From assembly GCA_002633005.1 (NCBI GenBank), contig NMRA01001019.1, forward strand, positions 5,419 to 69,418: a stretch of DNA of 64,000 nt. Direction: 5' to 3'. The position numbers were made by a program, and so were the translations under genes. The DNA is from Phoronis australis. Taxonomy: Eukaryota; Animalia; Phoronida. The notes below the pieces were generated by a model, which was not told the origin of the DNA, ran no database searches, and saw only the letters and a program-made list of their open reading frames with translations. Numbering within the stretch: the first letter of the stretch is position 1; the number at the start of each line of letters is the position of its first letter. Positions 52,753-64,000 of the stretch are shown piece by piece.

Positions 52753-53110
52753 GTAAGAAAGGATAACATTTGGATTTCCATTTTCTAAAAATGCACTTAT
52801 TGCAAAGCGGGGGACCATGAAAATAAGCACTGGATTCAAAAGAGATCGACAGGATTTATCATCCAAGGTCTTCGTCTGCTTTGTCCTAGGATACTTCCTT
52901 CAGGAAAAAAAGTCAATTAAACAGCTCAGTCATTGACCGGCAAAAAATCTAAAGCTTCATAAGTTCAAGGATTTTAATCACTTCGTTAATATGTCTAAAA
53001 ACGTTTCCCTAGTGTTTAAGGAATGTTACTTTAAAATTTGCATGGGGTTGGGTCGATCCTAGGGTTAATGGCGACCGTGACAAAACTTTTAATATTAAAA
53101 ACAGAATTAA

Positions 53111-55034
53111 AGGGGAAAGCAACCATTTTAGAGTTATTTTGGTTAAATTACGATTTTCTGGTCATCCTGAATAAATGTCGAAGTTAATTAAATTCCCCCA
53201 TATTGTCATTAACCATGCAAGCGTCACTCCGCAGGCAATACTTAAAAGTAGGGTATCGCATCTTGATAACCCATTTCGTCCACTGAATATCTGGCATAAA
53301 ACTGGTTCGCAAAATGCAGGAAACTGTTAGTGACTATTGCCGCTACGAAAATGATGTTCGCAACCCGAATCGCTCCTTGACTAGTTTTGATTGAGCGAAG
53401 ATTCATTGTGGAAATCTATTTTTCAAAAATGTCCACAATTATTTGCCTTTGACGAATACTCTCGTTCATGCTGAAGCTGTGCTGGTTGCCGGCTTATTGC
53501 GATGCTGTTACTGTTATACACGTACGGGTGACGCCCGATTTACAGCAACAGTAACATAATGATCCGTGTAGACAATGCGTATACAATCTCCCCTGTGATA
53601 TTTACCTACGTTGTCGTGTCAACTTGAGTTCATTGCTTCTCTACGTTCTCTGTAATGACTTGTACGTAACGTAAATTTTGGTCATGTTTACCTCTTATTT
53701 CTTAAATGTTACCAGGCAAAAATATCGCGATTGGTGATTCCGTTAGCTTTGATTCAACAATAAACTGACGGGGATTCCTTAGTATTCATAGCGAGAGTTT
53801 GTGAAACAAAAATTGGGGTAGAGGGCCGTAAAATGGTCGTTGTTTGACGTCATTGGCTAACTGCTTAAATCATTTTATTTTATTTAGCGGATTACCAAAT
53901 TAAATATATTGATTTGGCGTCCAGTTTCTCATATTTTGACGGTTGATTTTAGAGCGCGACATGATCAAATTTCGCGCTGACGTCATACTATGCGATATAC
54001 AATCCCAAGTGCAAGAATTATGTGAGACTTATGCAAACGGCAAATATGACTTTATAAAACTAGTAACTATGATTCACGTCAACTAAGCTCATTTCACAAT
54101 TCTAATAACTATAACAAAAATATTAGTAACCGAGTAACAAAACTTACGGAAAGAAGCAGTTTCGCGCGCAAACGCTGTGGACCATAAACAAGTACGTGTC
54201 TTAGCCACGTCTGACTGATTGGAGCGTGGTGGTGTGAACGAAGAGCATGCGCCCGCTAACAAACAGATGGTGATTTCGAAGCCTTGCAATTTCATGATTT
54301 TTTTATTTTTAGACCACAAACGGCAATACCGCAGTTAAACAGTTTAAATGCTTTAAAACAAGAATTGCGAAATTTGTTTATTTAAAAAATCTGAACTCAG
54401 CGAGGATGACTAATAAATGATGTTCAGAGTATTGTCATATATCGGTATGAAGCAGACGTTTGAGTTACGCGTCACGACCACAGAAATTATGTATCTGTTC
54501 GCCATAGGGGCAAAAAGTACGTAAAGCATGTGAGATTCTAAAATCAAGGGCATTTTTAGTGGCAACTTGACGAGTTGAGAAGTTGCAGCCAAGTCGGAAT
54601 CCCGCAGAATGCGATCTGGGTCGTGGGATGTTGCCACGCTAGATGCAAAAAGCGACCTGGCCAAAGCAGCAGAGCTGTTGAAGGCTGATTATACTTCAGA
54701 AATCAAGGAAAATGCTTGTTTTCAGAGGCAAAAACAAAATATTCTTCTAGGCGGAAGGCGAGAAACCCCCCCTCCCGACGTCCCCCATTCGGCGCTATGC
54801 GCTTCTTCAATCACGCTACGAGACATAATGTTGTGCAATCCTTATGATATCCTAGATCCGCCAATGCGAAGTGCATATAAGCAATGATGAAGGGGAATGA
54901 TTCGGGCCGTGAACGTCACTCCCAGGGTGACCCTTGTGGAAGTAATTAGAGCATAGATAAATTTAGTTAACTAGGAAAGATAACCAAAAAATCGTAATTT
55001 TAAAAAATGACACTAAAAACGGTTGCCTTCCCTT
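53111..55034. mobile_element. Old Kolobok-like element in gene 2 intron 3 (only the right end survives in gene 1, about 8810-8985)
   Basis: TTAA-AGGGGAAAGCAACC...GGTTGCCTTCCCT; TIR related to 25831-26471; possible minus-strand THAP relic CEHHFRSG near 53340-53365. Confidence 0.5.
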
Positions 55035-55197
55035 CAACCTAGTGTGTTATCTAATTTGGTGTTGACGATTTTCTTGACGTTCTAGAGAGTCTGTAAGAGG
55101 TTTTAGTTCTCGTTTCCTAGCAACAGTCAGAAATTCGCATAATGCATACTACTTACTTTGCATACGCTCTCAACTGACAAATAATTATTCATTTTAG

Positions 55198-55334
55198 TGT
55201 GAACAAGATTTGTCTGACAGGGGTAACCTGCTATTAAGCAGGATGTGTGGCGCGCATGTGTACCTCATGCCGGAGAATTCGTCGTTCGTAGAAGATATGA
55301 AGCCAAAAATGGAACTACTTGCGAAGACCATAGA
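55198..55334 (+). CDS. Gene 2 exon 4 (CEQDLSDRGNLLLSRMCGAHVYLMPENSSFVEDMKPKMELLAKTI)
   Basis: ttttag acceptor, GA|GTAAGT donor. Confidence 0.93.
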
Positions 55335-56826
55335 GTAAGTAAACTCTGACATTCCTTGTGATGCTAGAAAACTACGCCGTAGACAGTTTTGTGCTTGTAA
55401 ACAACTTCAGTAACCGTTCGCCATCACGCCTCACGCGCCACCTTATGTTAGCTGGAGTAAGTTGTTGACCAGAAATCAAACTCAAGACGTTTTGTTTTAT
55501 ATCATTTCCGCTACAAAATTAGATTAAAGCTCTTCCATTGATTAGAAGTGATATTTGGTGTTGGGAAGAATTCTCTTGACTTTTCGTTGTTACTACAGAC
55601 TAGGTGTCCGTTTCAGGAAACTGACCTAAATTCGTTTTTAAGTATAAGATTTGTCTCAACTTCCAAACTTTGATACTTCCTTATCCGGCAAGTTATTCAC
55701 AATTTAGACAAAACTTAAGTCAAAAATTTAAATCAAACTTAAATTCTTTTCCCTGAAACAGACTTGAGGCAAATTTAAGTTTTATCTTAAAATCGACTGA
55801 AATTTAAGTTTGTCTTTACTACGTAAGGACGTAAGGTTTCTCGTAACGGGCTCCTGGCTCAACCGAACCATTTTTTATACCCTGAGGCTCTAACAAACTT
55901 TCAATTCTTCCCAAAGATAGCAATCGCATGTGCCCTATTTGGCAAAGTGGGTAAAAAGATCCGCCTCAGAGAAACAAACAGTCCGAAGAAACGAGACAAA
56001 AAATCCACTAAAAAGGCGCAGACGCACAGATCACAGACCTGAAGGTGGTACCCCGTATTTTTAGCCCTCCCGCTTTTTTGTGAGCAAAAGATCCACTTTG
56101 TCAGAGGTTCGAGCCCCCCCCCCATATTAAAGGCTGGGTGCGCGCATGGATCATGTCTAATCTGTGTAAGGATTGAGCCGAAGTAGTTTTAATGGCAAGA
56201 AGACTAGAATGCGAATTCATGGCAGGTTCAGTAAAACGGGCCCCTTTGTGAGCCTCACGGTAGTAAAACACACCCCCTTGTGAATTTCATAATAACAGTG
56301 AATTCTCGTCAAATTTATGCAGTTGCTCAATAGAGCACTCAAACTGCAGACATTTTCATATTAGTTAACTACTACATAAAATGAAGTTGGGCTTAGTTCA
56401 GCCGAAGCTCGTTCATTGTAATAAAATAAGTATAAAATTTTTAAACTCTCTTTTGAAATACGGAGTTTTAAGTTTGAATTTCAATTTTCTGGTTGTGCAC
56501 AAGGGAAGTGGACTCTATTGTTGGATGCTGCTCAATTTCACATTTAATTCGTTTAGAAAAAAAGTTATAGTAAAAGAGCAATTACATGTACGTAGGTAAG
56601 CAACTTTTGAAATATACCTCTCTTAGCGATGTCTGGTGGTACTCGTTTCTTCAAAGAGAAAAAAGAAGAAAAGTGTCTACAAGATTAGACTCATTGCCAA
56701 TGTTCACTCGACGCACTAAGTGTCTGTTGTAGTTCAGACACTGTTGTTCATCGGATATTTAAAATACGCGCTTGTACTGTAAAACGCTATCTTAATTAAA
56801 GAAGAATTGCGCTTATTTTCTTTCAG

Positions 56827-56926
56827 AAACAGGACTGGCGAAAAGAGTTGTATATTTCCAGCGGGTTGTGTGCTTGCTAAACGTATGGCTGGCTACATAT
56901 ATGCCTTCCAGGAAATGATGGAACAG
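56827..56926 (+). CDS. Gene 2 exon 5 (NRTGEKSCIFPAGCVLAKRMAGYIYAFQEMMEQ)
   Basis: tttcag acceptor, CAG|GTATGA donor. Confidence 0.9.
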
Positions 56927-56987
56927 GTATGAAGTTAATTTACATATTTGCAGTCATACCATTCTCAATGTAGCATTTCTAATCTCT

Positions 56988-57143
56988 CTGCTGCTGCTGC
57001 TGCTGCTGCTGCTCCTCCTCCTCCTGCTGCTGCTGCTGCTGCTGCTCCTCCTGCTGCTGCTGCTGCTGCTGCTCCTCCTGCTGCTGCTGCTGCTGCTCCT
57101 CCTCCTGCTGCTGCTGCTGCTGCTGCTGCTCCTCCTCCTCCTC

Positions 57144-57178
<35 letters not shown>
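56988..57178. repeat. (CTG)n/(CCT)n triplet microsatellite in gene 2 intron 5, continuing as an 18 bp repeat at 60132-60228
   Basis: Directly visible; both pieces abut N joins. Confidence 0.95.
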
Positions 57179-57746
57179 NGCAACAAACAACTAAGATTAG
57201 CTTGAGTTAAAATTGGAGAAACGAAATATATTTCATGATTGCATTTGCCATGTCAACGTCCAAATTTGTTTATAACACCAGCCTCAGCTATGTGCAGACT
57301 AAGGCAAACGATCAAAACACCTCTCCTCGAGAAATCTACAGAATGTCGAATATTCTTGTTGTGGACTTAAGAAAGGAAGCTAATACAATATGCATTTATT
57401 CCCTGACCCCGTAAAAAGTTCGAGATTTACGATCACATAAATGGAGTGTCAAAAAAGAATTCGAGCCAACACATTTTAAAGATATCGTGACAAAAAGGTA
57501 ATATGACACGTCTGCTTTTCCCAATGCCTTTCAATATGCACATGCAGATGGGTATGAGTCACTGAGACTAATAAACGACTCGAGTTTTCTTTTCAGGTCC
57601 GTCAAAAATGTAGTTTAAAATTTCCCGATAGGGAATATGTCTGAGCCTGTCGAAGTCGTATCTACATGATCTGACTATACTAGAGGTTCTTGAGAATTTT
57701 ACCAGATACTTAACTAATGATATGTGTGTTGTGACATTACACGCAG

Positions 57747-57847
57747 GGTCTTCTGGAGGACTTCGATGACATCGTGGTCGCGGCTTCAAGTGGTACTACC
57801 GCGTGTGCTCTCGGAGTCGCTAACTACCTGACGGGATCAAGACTGAA
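57747..57847 (+). CDS. Gene 2 exon 6, copy A (GLLEDFDDIVVAASSGTTACALGVANYLTGSRLK)
   Basis: acgcag acceptor, AA|GTACGT donor; lies in the N-bounded block 57180-60130. Confidence 0.78.
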
Positions 57848-57899
57848 GTACGTTCAAAAATAGTCTCTCGGTTTGTTTACTAGATGTTTGTTAGCAGAT

Positions 57900-59945
57900 C
57901 TAGTCCAATCTTTTTAGGATCCAGAGGGCCCAACCTAGAAAAAAATTGCAACAGAAGTTTTTTTTGCATAAATAGCATCTTTAAACATCCCTTGTTGCTA
58001 GAAAAAAGTCTACCGAAATCGGAGTGGCGGAAGTCGGTTTTTCAAGATAGCGGGAAAATGGCCGCCAAAACCGGTGTTTATTGATTTCTGGCATGTTACT
58101 CTTACGTAAGAGCCGGAAATAAAACAATAAAGTTTGCCATTGATTATATACATTTTTATAACAGGCATACCAATCAAAAGATGCCAATTTTTCATAACAT
58201 TTCTGTGCTTTTGTAAGTTAGGCGGTTGCAAATATCTGGACCTTACAGTTGGTCACTGATTGGAGAGAAAAAATCAAGGTGGCTGACAAAGTGGCCGCCA
58301 ACTCACAAAACTCCCAATTTACCACATGTACGTTCTGCAAACTTTGCTTGTAACCTGATAAGCGTTTACATGAAGACATATTCCCAATCTACAGTCAGGC
58401 TTAATTAGTTGATTGTTTATATAACTTGTTTTTAAGATTTAGATACTAAACGTGAACTTTTAATCACATTTTAGATTATTCAACATTAAAGTTGGTGTGT
58501 TTTTCACAAAAAGGCTTTAGTTAAATTTGCACAATAAATTTCACTCACTCAATTATTTTTTCTGCAAAATATATTCTCCTGAGGTATCAAAAATGATATT
58601 TGCTAGAAAAATATGTAATCCTGGTGGAATTATTGGATTATTCATTACACCAACCCTGAGTCAAATTGGGCAAGAAGTGACACTGCTTTCTGCTATTGGA
58701 GATATCATTAGTTGTTCCCAAGCAATGATTTCGTCTGCTGCTAACAAGAGTGGAAAATTTGGCTGCTGATTTCATCTGAATTTGATGAAAAGCAAATAAA
58801 ATCGTGTAACAAAAAGTAAATCATTACATTTTTAAAGTTTAGCGTTCACAACTGGTTTAATGTGCATGACTTTTGTGAACAAAGGTAACTGACTTCATCG
58901 GGAATTAGTGCCATCAATCCGAACGACAGTGATTTGCAGTCGCTTGTTGTTAGCCAGGCTTGGCGAATTTCATACTAAGATGAGCTTTCTGGGATGTTTT
59001 GGATACGTAATGTCAAGCACCTGACTTCAAGAACTTTTTAAGATAGTGTATGCATCAAACAATGTGATCCATATGTTAAATGGAAAAAGTGTAGATAGAG
59101 AAGTGAGGGGGCATATCCTGGTAGACTGAATGCTATCATAAGAGCCAGAGCATTCAACATCCCACTTCCAAGCATTGACAGATCAAGTAACGCCAATCCA
59201 GAACCAATGACTTCAGAATTTGAAGAAAAACGGTCCGGTTCTTCAGAAATTCCAGGAGTCCTGAATATCACCAACGCAGAACATACAGATTTCGTGCCAA
59301 GAGATGGAGCAATTCAGTGCTCATACACAAACGGCTCGTCAGAATATACGGAGACAGATTTTTCAGACATCCCAACTGATCACATAACTAGATGTATACA
59401 CTGGGACATGCAATGCACAGGCAGTGTCTTCCGATTCTGAACCTTTGATTATAGTGGAATACCCTCACGAGATTTTACTTCTGGTTTCCGATATAGTGCC
59501 ACTGGTATATTCAAACACGACTGAATCAGAGCCACTTATATACTTGATAATGATTTGAAAGCTGGTCTGAAGCTGTATGATGATCTTATTGATGGCATGA
59601 CGTCTGTGTGCGGCGATGTATGCTCGTCGGAGAGTCTTGTAGGAATCCGTAAAAATAGAAGCATATAAATCAGACTTGACCTTGCAAAGTGGAACCATTA
59701 GTCTTTGGCTACAGTATAGGTAGATGGTTGACATCCTTCGACTTTTTCTGAAAGCTGAAATTACGTCAGATTGGGAACATCATGAGCAAATCTGGCAGCC
59801 ATTTTGTCCGCCATCTTGAAAAACCAACTTCCGCCACTCCAATTCCGGTAGACTTTTTTCTCACACTAAGGGGTGTGAGAGGATACGATTTATGCAATAA
59901 AACCTTCTGTTGCAATATTTACCGGGTCATCCGTAGAATGACTGG
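57900..59945. mobile_element. About 2 kb element with about 150 bp imperfect TIRs just after gene 2 exon 6 (duplicate at 61237-62935)
   Basis: GGAGTGGCGGAAGTCGGTTTTTCAAGAT (58021) is inverted at ATCTTGAAAAACCAACTTCCGCCACTCC (59813); absent from gene 1. Confidence 0.72.
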
Positions 59946-61081
59946 ATTGCAATAGTGTGTTTCTTGGCGATCGTGTACCTGTGACAAGATCTCCTGAAGA
60001 AGGCTAGTTTACGCAGTACAAAAGTAGCCAAGTATACGCGATATGAATGTGACGGGACGTTCGTAACTTTACGCTTATTGTTATTCTTATTTAGTTGCAA
60101 ATGTTCAGTTATTCTTATGCTAATGTCTTTNTGTTGCTGCTGCTGTCAATGTTGCTGCTGCTGTCCATGTTTCTGCTGCTGTCAATGTTGCTGCTGCTGT
60201 CAATGTTGCTGCTGCTGTCAATGTTGCTGGAGTGCCGTATTCGTTGAATGATCGCCTTAAATATGCATTGACTTGAATGCTTTATAAAACACAATTTACT
60301 GTATTGAAACTACATTTTAATTCAGGCTACTTAGCGTAACTTACTCAGACTAAAAGTCGGCCTACCCCGTTTGGGGCTATTGCCGATGCTGGCAATGGGA
60401 CATTTTATGTCAGAAATATGTTAGAGTGTTGTATCCTTGATTGAAAGTGAGTCTGCTTTTAATGTCAGTTTATATGGCTTTTGAATCTGAATATTATTTG
60501 TCCAGTATATTGCAACAAACAACTAAGATTAGCTTGAGTTAAAATTGGAGAAACGAAATATATTTCATGATTGCATTTGCCATGTCAACGTCCAAATTTG
60601 TTTATAACACCAGCCTCAACTATGTGCAGACTAGAGCAAACGATCAAAACACCTCTCCTCAAGAAATCTACATAATGTCGAATATTCTTGTTGTGGACCT
60701 AAGAAAGGAAGCTAATGCAATATGCATTTATTCCCCGACCTCATAAAAAGTGCGAGATTTACGATCACATAAATGGAGTGTCAAAAAAGAATTCGAGCCA
60801 ACATTTTAAAGATATCGTGACAAAAAGGTAATATGACACGTCTGCTTTTCCCAGTGCCCTTCAATATGCACATGCAGATGGGTATGAGTCACTGAGACTA
60901 ATAAACGACTCGAGTCTAGTTTTCTTTTGAGGTCCGTCAAAAATGTAGTTTAAAATTTCCCGATAGGGAATATGTCTAAGCCTGTCCAAGTCGTATCTAC
61001 GTGATCTGACTATACTATAGCTTCTTGAGAAGTTTATTAGATACTTAACCAATGATATGTGTGTTGTGACATTACACGCAG

Positions 61082-61182
61082 GGTCTTCTGGAGGGCTTCG
61101 ATGACATCGTGGTGGCGGCTTCAAGTGGTACTACCGTGTGTGCTCTCGGAGTCGCTAACTACCTGACGGGATCAAGACTCAA
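61082..61182 (+). CDS. Gene 2 exon 6, copy B (GLLEGFDDIVVAASSGTTVCALGVANYLTGSRLK), probably the alternate allele
   Basis: Same splice sites as copy A with 2 amino acid differences; the preceding intron is collinear with gene 1 intron 5. Confidence 0.72.
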
Positions 61183-62373
61183 GTACGTTCAAAAATAGTC
61201 TCTCGGTTTGTTTACAAGATGTTTGTTAGCAGATCTAGTCCAATCTTTTTAGGATCCAGAGGGCCCAACCTAGAAAAAAATTGCAACAAAAGGTTTTTTT
61301 GCATAAATAGCATCTTCAAACATCCCTTGTTGCTTGAAAAAAGTCTGACGAAATCGGAGTGGCGGAAGTCGGTTTTTCAAGATAGCGGGAAAATGGCCGC
61401 CAAAACCGGTGTTTATTGATTTCTGGCATGTTACTCTTACGTAACAGCTGGAAATAAAACAATAAAGTTTGCCATTGATTATATACATTTTTATAACAGG
61501 CATACCAATCAAAAGACGCCAATTTTTCATAACATTTCTGTGCTTTTGTAAGTTAGGCGGTTGCAAATATCTGGACCTTACAGTTGGTCACTGGTTGGAG
61601 AGAAAAAATCAAGGTGGCTGACAAAGTGGCCGCCAACTCACAAAACTCCAATTTACCGCATGTACGTTCTGCAAACTTTGCTTGTAACCTGATAAGCGTT
61701 TACATGAAGACATTTCCCAATCTACAGTCAGGCTTAATTAGTTGATTGTTTATATAACTTGTTTTTAAGACTTAGGTACTAAACGTGGACTTTTAATCAC
61801 ATTTTAGATTATTCAACATTAAAGTTGGTGTGTTTTTCAGAAAAGGCTTTAGTTAAATTTGCATAATAAATTTCACTCACTCAATTATTTTTTCTACAAA
61901 ATATGTTCTCCTGAGGTATCAAAAATAATATTTGTTAGAAAAATATGTAATCCTGGTGGAATTATTGGCTTATTCATTACACCAACCCTGAGTCAAATTG
62001 GGCAAGAAGTGACACTGCTTTCTGCTATTGGAGATATCATTAGTTGTTCCCAAGCAATGATTTCGTCTGCTGCTAATAAAAGTGGAACATTTGGCTGCTG
62101 ATTTCATCTGAATTTGATGAAAAGCAAATAAAATCGTGTAACAAAAAGGTAAGCATTACATTTTTAAAATTTAGCGTTCACAACTGATTTAATGTGCATG
62201 ACTTTTGTGAACAAAGGTAACTGACTTCATAGGGAATTAGTGCCATCAATCCGAACGACAGTGATTTGCAGTCGCTTGTTGTTAGCCAGGCTTGGCGAAT
62301 TTCATACTGAGATGAGCTTTCTGGGATGTTTTGGATACGTAATGTCAAGCACCTGACTTCAAGAACTTCTTAA

Positions 62374-62831
62374 AGTGTACGCAACATGACTCTAGTACCT
62401 CAAAATAAATTTTATTATTATATGTTACTTGATTTCAGTGCCTTTAGTGCACAGCTTATAAAGAAACACGTAAAAATTGAAAGAAATAATAATTATGTAC
62501 AACGTCATGGGTTGAACCCAAGTCGTTTGGCACACTGTTCGGATCAGCAACTAAGTGTATAGAGTGAAGTGAAAGTAAAGTATATTTAGCGTCGAGAAGG
62601 TTCGTAGAGGGATGAAAAGATGTGTTTGCGGAGGCTGCAGCAACAGCAGTCAGACGGAGAACGTCTCGGTGTTCCGAAGGACACCAAAGTTGCGCACTGA
62701 GTAGTGGCATCGCTTCGTGCGCCGAACGAGAGTGTGGGACCTCAGCGTGGACCAAGCGATTCTGTCCGGAGCCACTCTGTGTTCAGCCCACTTTGAGGAC
62801 TCGTGTTTCGACTCCAGTCACAGGAGATGTT
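62374..62831 (+). mobile_element. 5' end of a Kolobok-like transposon with a THAP domain, truncated by an N
   Basis: Starts AG right after TTAA (62370-62373); from 62612 it reads MKRCVCGGCSN...E*WHRFVRR...LCSAHFEDSCF; empty TTAA at 59038-59041. Confidence 0.82.
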
Positions 62832-64000
62832 NCGGTAGACTTTTTTCTCACACTAAGGCGTGTGAGAGGATACGATTTATGCAATAAAACCTTCTGTTGC
62901 AATACTTACCGGGTCATCTGTAGAATGACTGGATTGCAATATCGTGTTTCTTGGCGATCGTGTACCTGTGACAAGATCTCCTGAAGAAGGCTAGTTTACG
63001 CAGTACAAAAGTAGCCAAGTATACGCGATGTGAAGATCAGACATTTTGAAAGCAGCATCCTCTGGTGCCACGGTGAATCTTGATTAACCACCTTGCGCTG
63101 TCCTGGATATTAACGGTGGCCTGGTAACGTAGTGATGTGAGGTGCTGTCGGATTTACTTTTTGTGTGCCAGGATGTTTCAAGATGTAACAAGAACAAACA
63201 ACAGCATCTTTTAAATAGGTCAAAAATAGTATAATCCATGATTGAACTGAAGTGGTTCCCTATGACAATTCAAAAATCGGTATTATCGCTTTTGTACGAA
63301 GCCCTTATTTGGACAATTTTGTGACTTTTTGTTGGTGAAATATTAGAAGAAACGAGACAGTTGTTTGTGTCTCAGCAAGCCTTATTTACACATTGCATTT
63401 GGAAATTGAATACTGGACCTTCTGTATTTATTTCCTACAATCTGAGACTGATGCCTGTCCAAATCCGGACACTGCCATTTTGAATGTCATGATCTAGTGT
63501 AATGTCTTTTCCTGGATTTGGTAAACATCATTGAACTGAACCGAACAACGCTAGAGAGTGATGGAAGTGAAAACTTTGTCAGTTTTCATTCACATTTTTT
63601 TGTCCATTGCAGTAATTTTAATATTCATTAAATTGCCGATGTGACTGGGAGCCATTATCGCAAGCAAACGAAATGAAGTTCTTCTCCAAATTATCTAATC
63701 AAAGCAATTTAGTGTTGAAAATGAAACTGTTGTCATTTCCATTTATGTTTTTTCTACTTCCTAAATTATTTGTTATTCAAAATAACTTATTTATTCTAAT
63801 ATGGATTACATGTTTTTCGGAAAAGTAACGAACGTCGCTCCTTCCACGTGATATTTAGAACAGCAGCTGCAAACACGCTTGTTCACCAAGCTGGCTTGAA
63901 GATTACTAAGTTTTTATTAAATGTTAGCCCTAGAATTCGCGTTTTCATGATATGCGCTATTGTGTCACTAATTGCACAGCGCAGTACCACACACAAGCAA

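Larger units (their letters stand above)
46296..61182 (+). other. Gene 2 span (partial, exons 1-6): tandem paralog of gene 1, continuing beyond the window end
   Basis: Identical exon lengths and phases; 27 amino acid differences in about 230 residues; introns still alignable to gene 1; 63340-64000 matches gene 1 intron 6 (about 21080-22060). Confidence 0.9.
60512..63034 (+). repeat. Near-identical duplicate of 57180-60047 (probable uncollapsed haplotype)
   Basis: Collinear with a few percent divergence; the block 57180-60130 is bounded by N on both sides. Confidence 0.9.

Noticed and set aside
56948-57205. Poly-Ala/Pro, poly-Ser/Arg and poly-Gly ORFs
   Set aside because: They are translations of an intronic triplet microsatellite crossing an N.
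58527-58769. 80 aa ORF apparently conserved at 61859
   Set aside because: The conservation only reflects the recent or allelic duplication; non-ATG start, no motif, and inside a TIR element.

Overview
Eukaryotic, AT-rich, intron- and transposon-rich DNA, probably from an invertebrate animal (the organism cannot be determined from the sequence). The ORF track misses the main content, which is two tandem + strand paralogs of a spliced fold-type II PLP enzyme of the ACC deaminase / D-cysteine desulfhydrase / cysteate sulfo-lyase family. Gene 1 is complete (9 coding exons, 619-28073, 371 aa, all GT-AG, phases compatible). Gene 2 starts at 46296; exons 1-6 are present and exons 7-9 lie beyond the window. 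Both keep the Schiff-base lysine but share an unusually remodelled active site (GNKVRM, EKSN[S/A], loss of PxGGS, SSGTT; gene 1 also LDTTYTGK), and they differ from each other mainly in active-site-proximal segments. This suggests a lineage-specific enzyme subfamily with new chemistry. The remaining sequence is nested mobile DNA: TTAA-targeting Kolobok-like elements with THAP relics, a GG-terminated MITE family, L2/CR1-group and HERO-like LINE fragments, foldback elements and microsatellites. Seven single-N joins are present, and most flank duplicated blocks that look like uncollapsed haplotypes.
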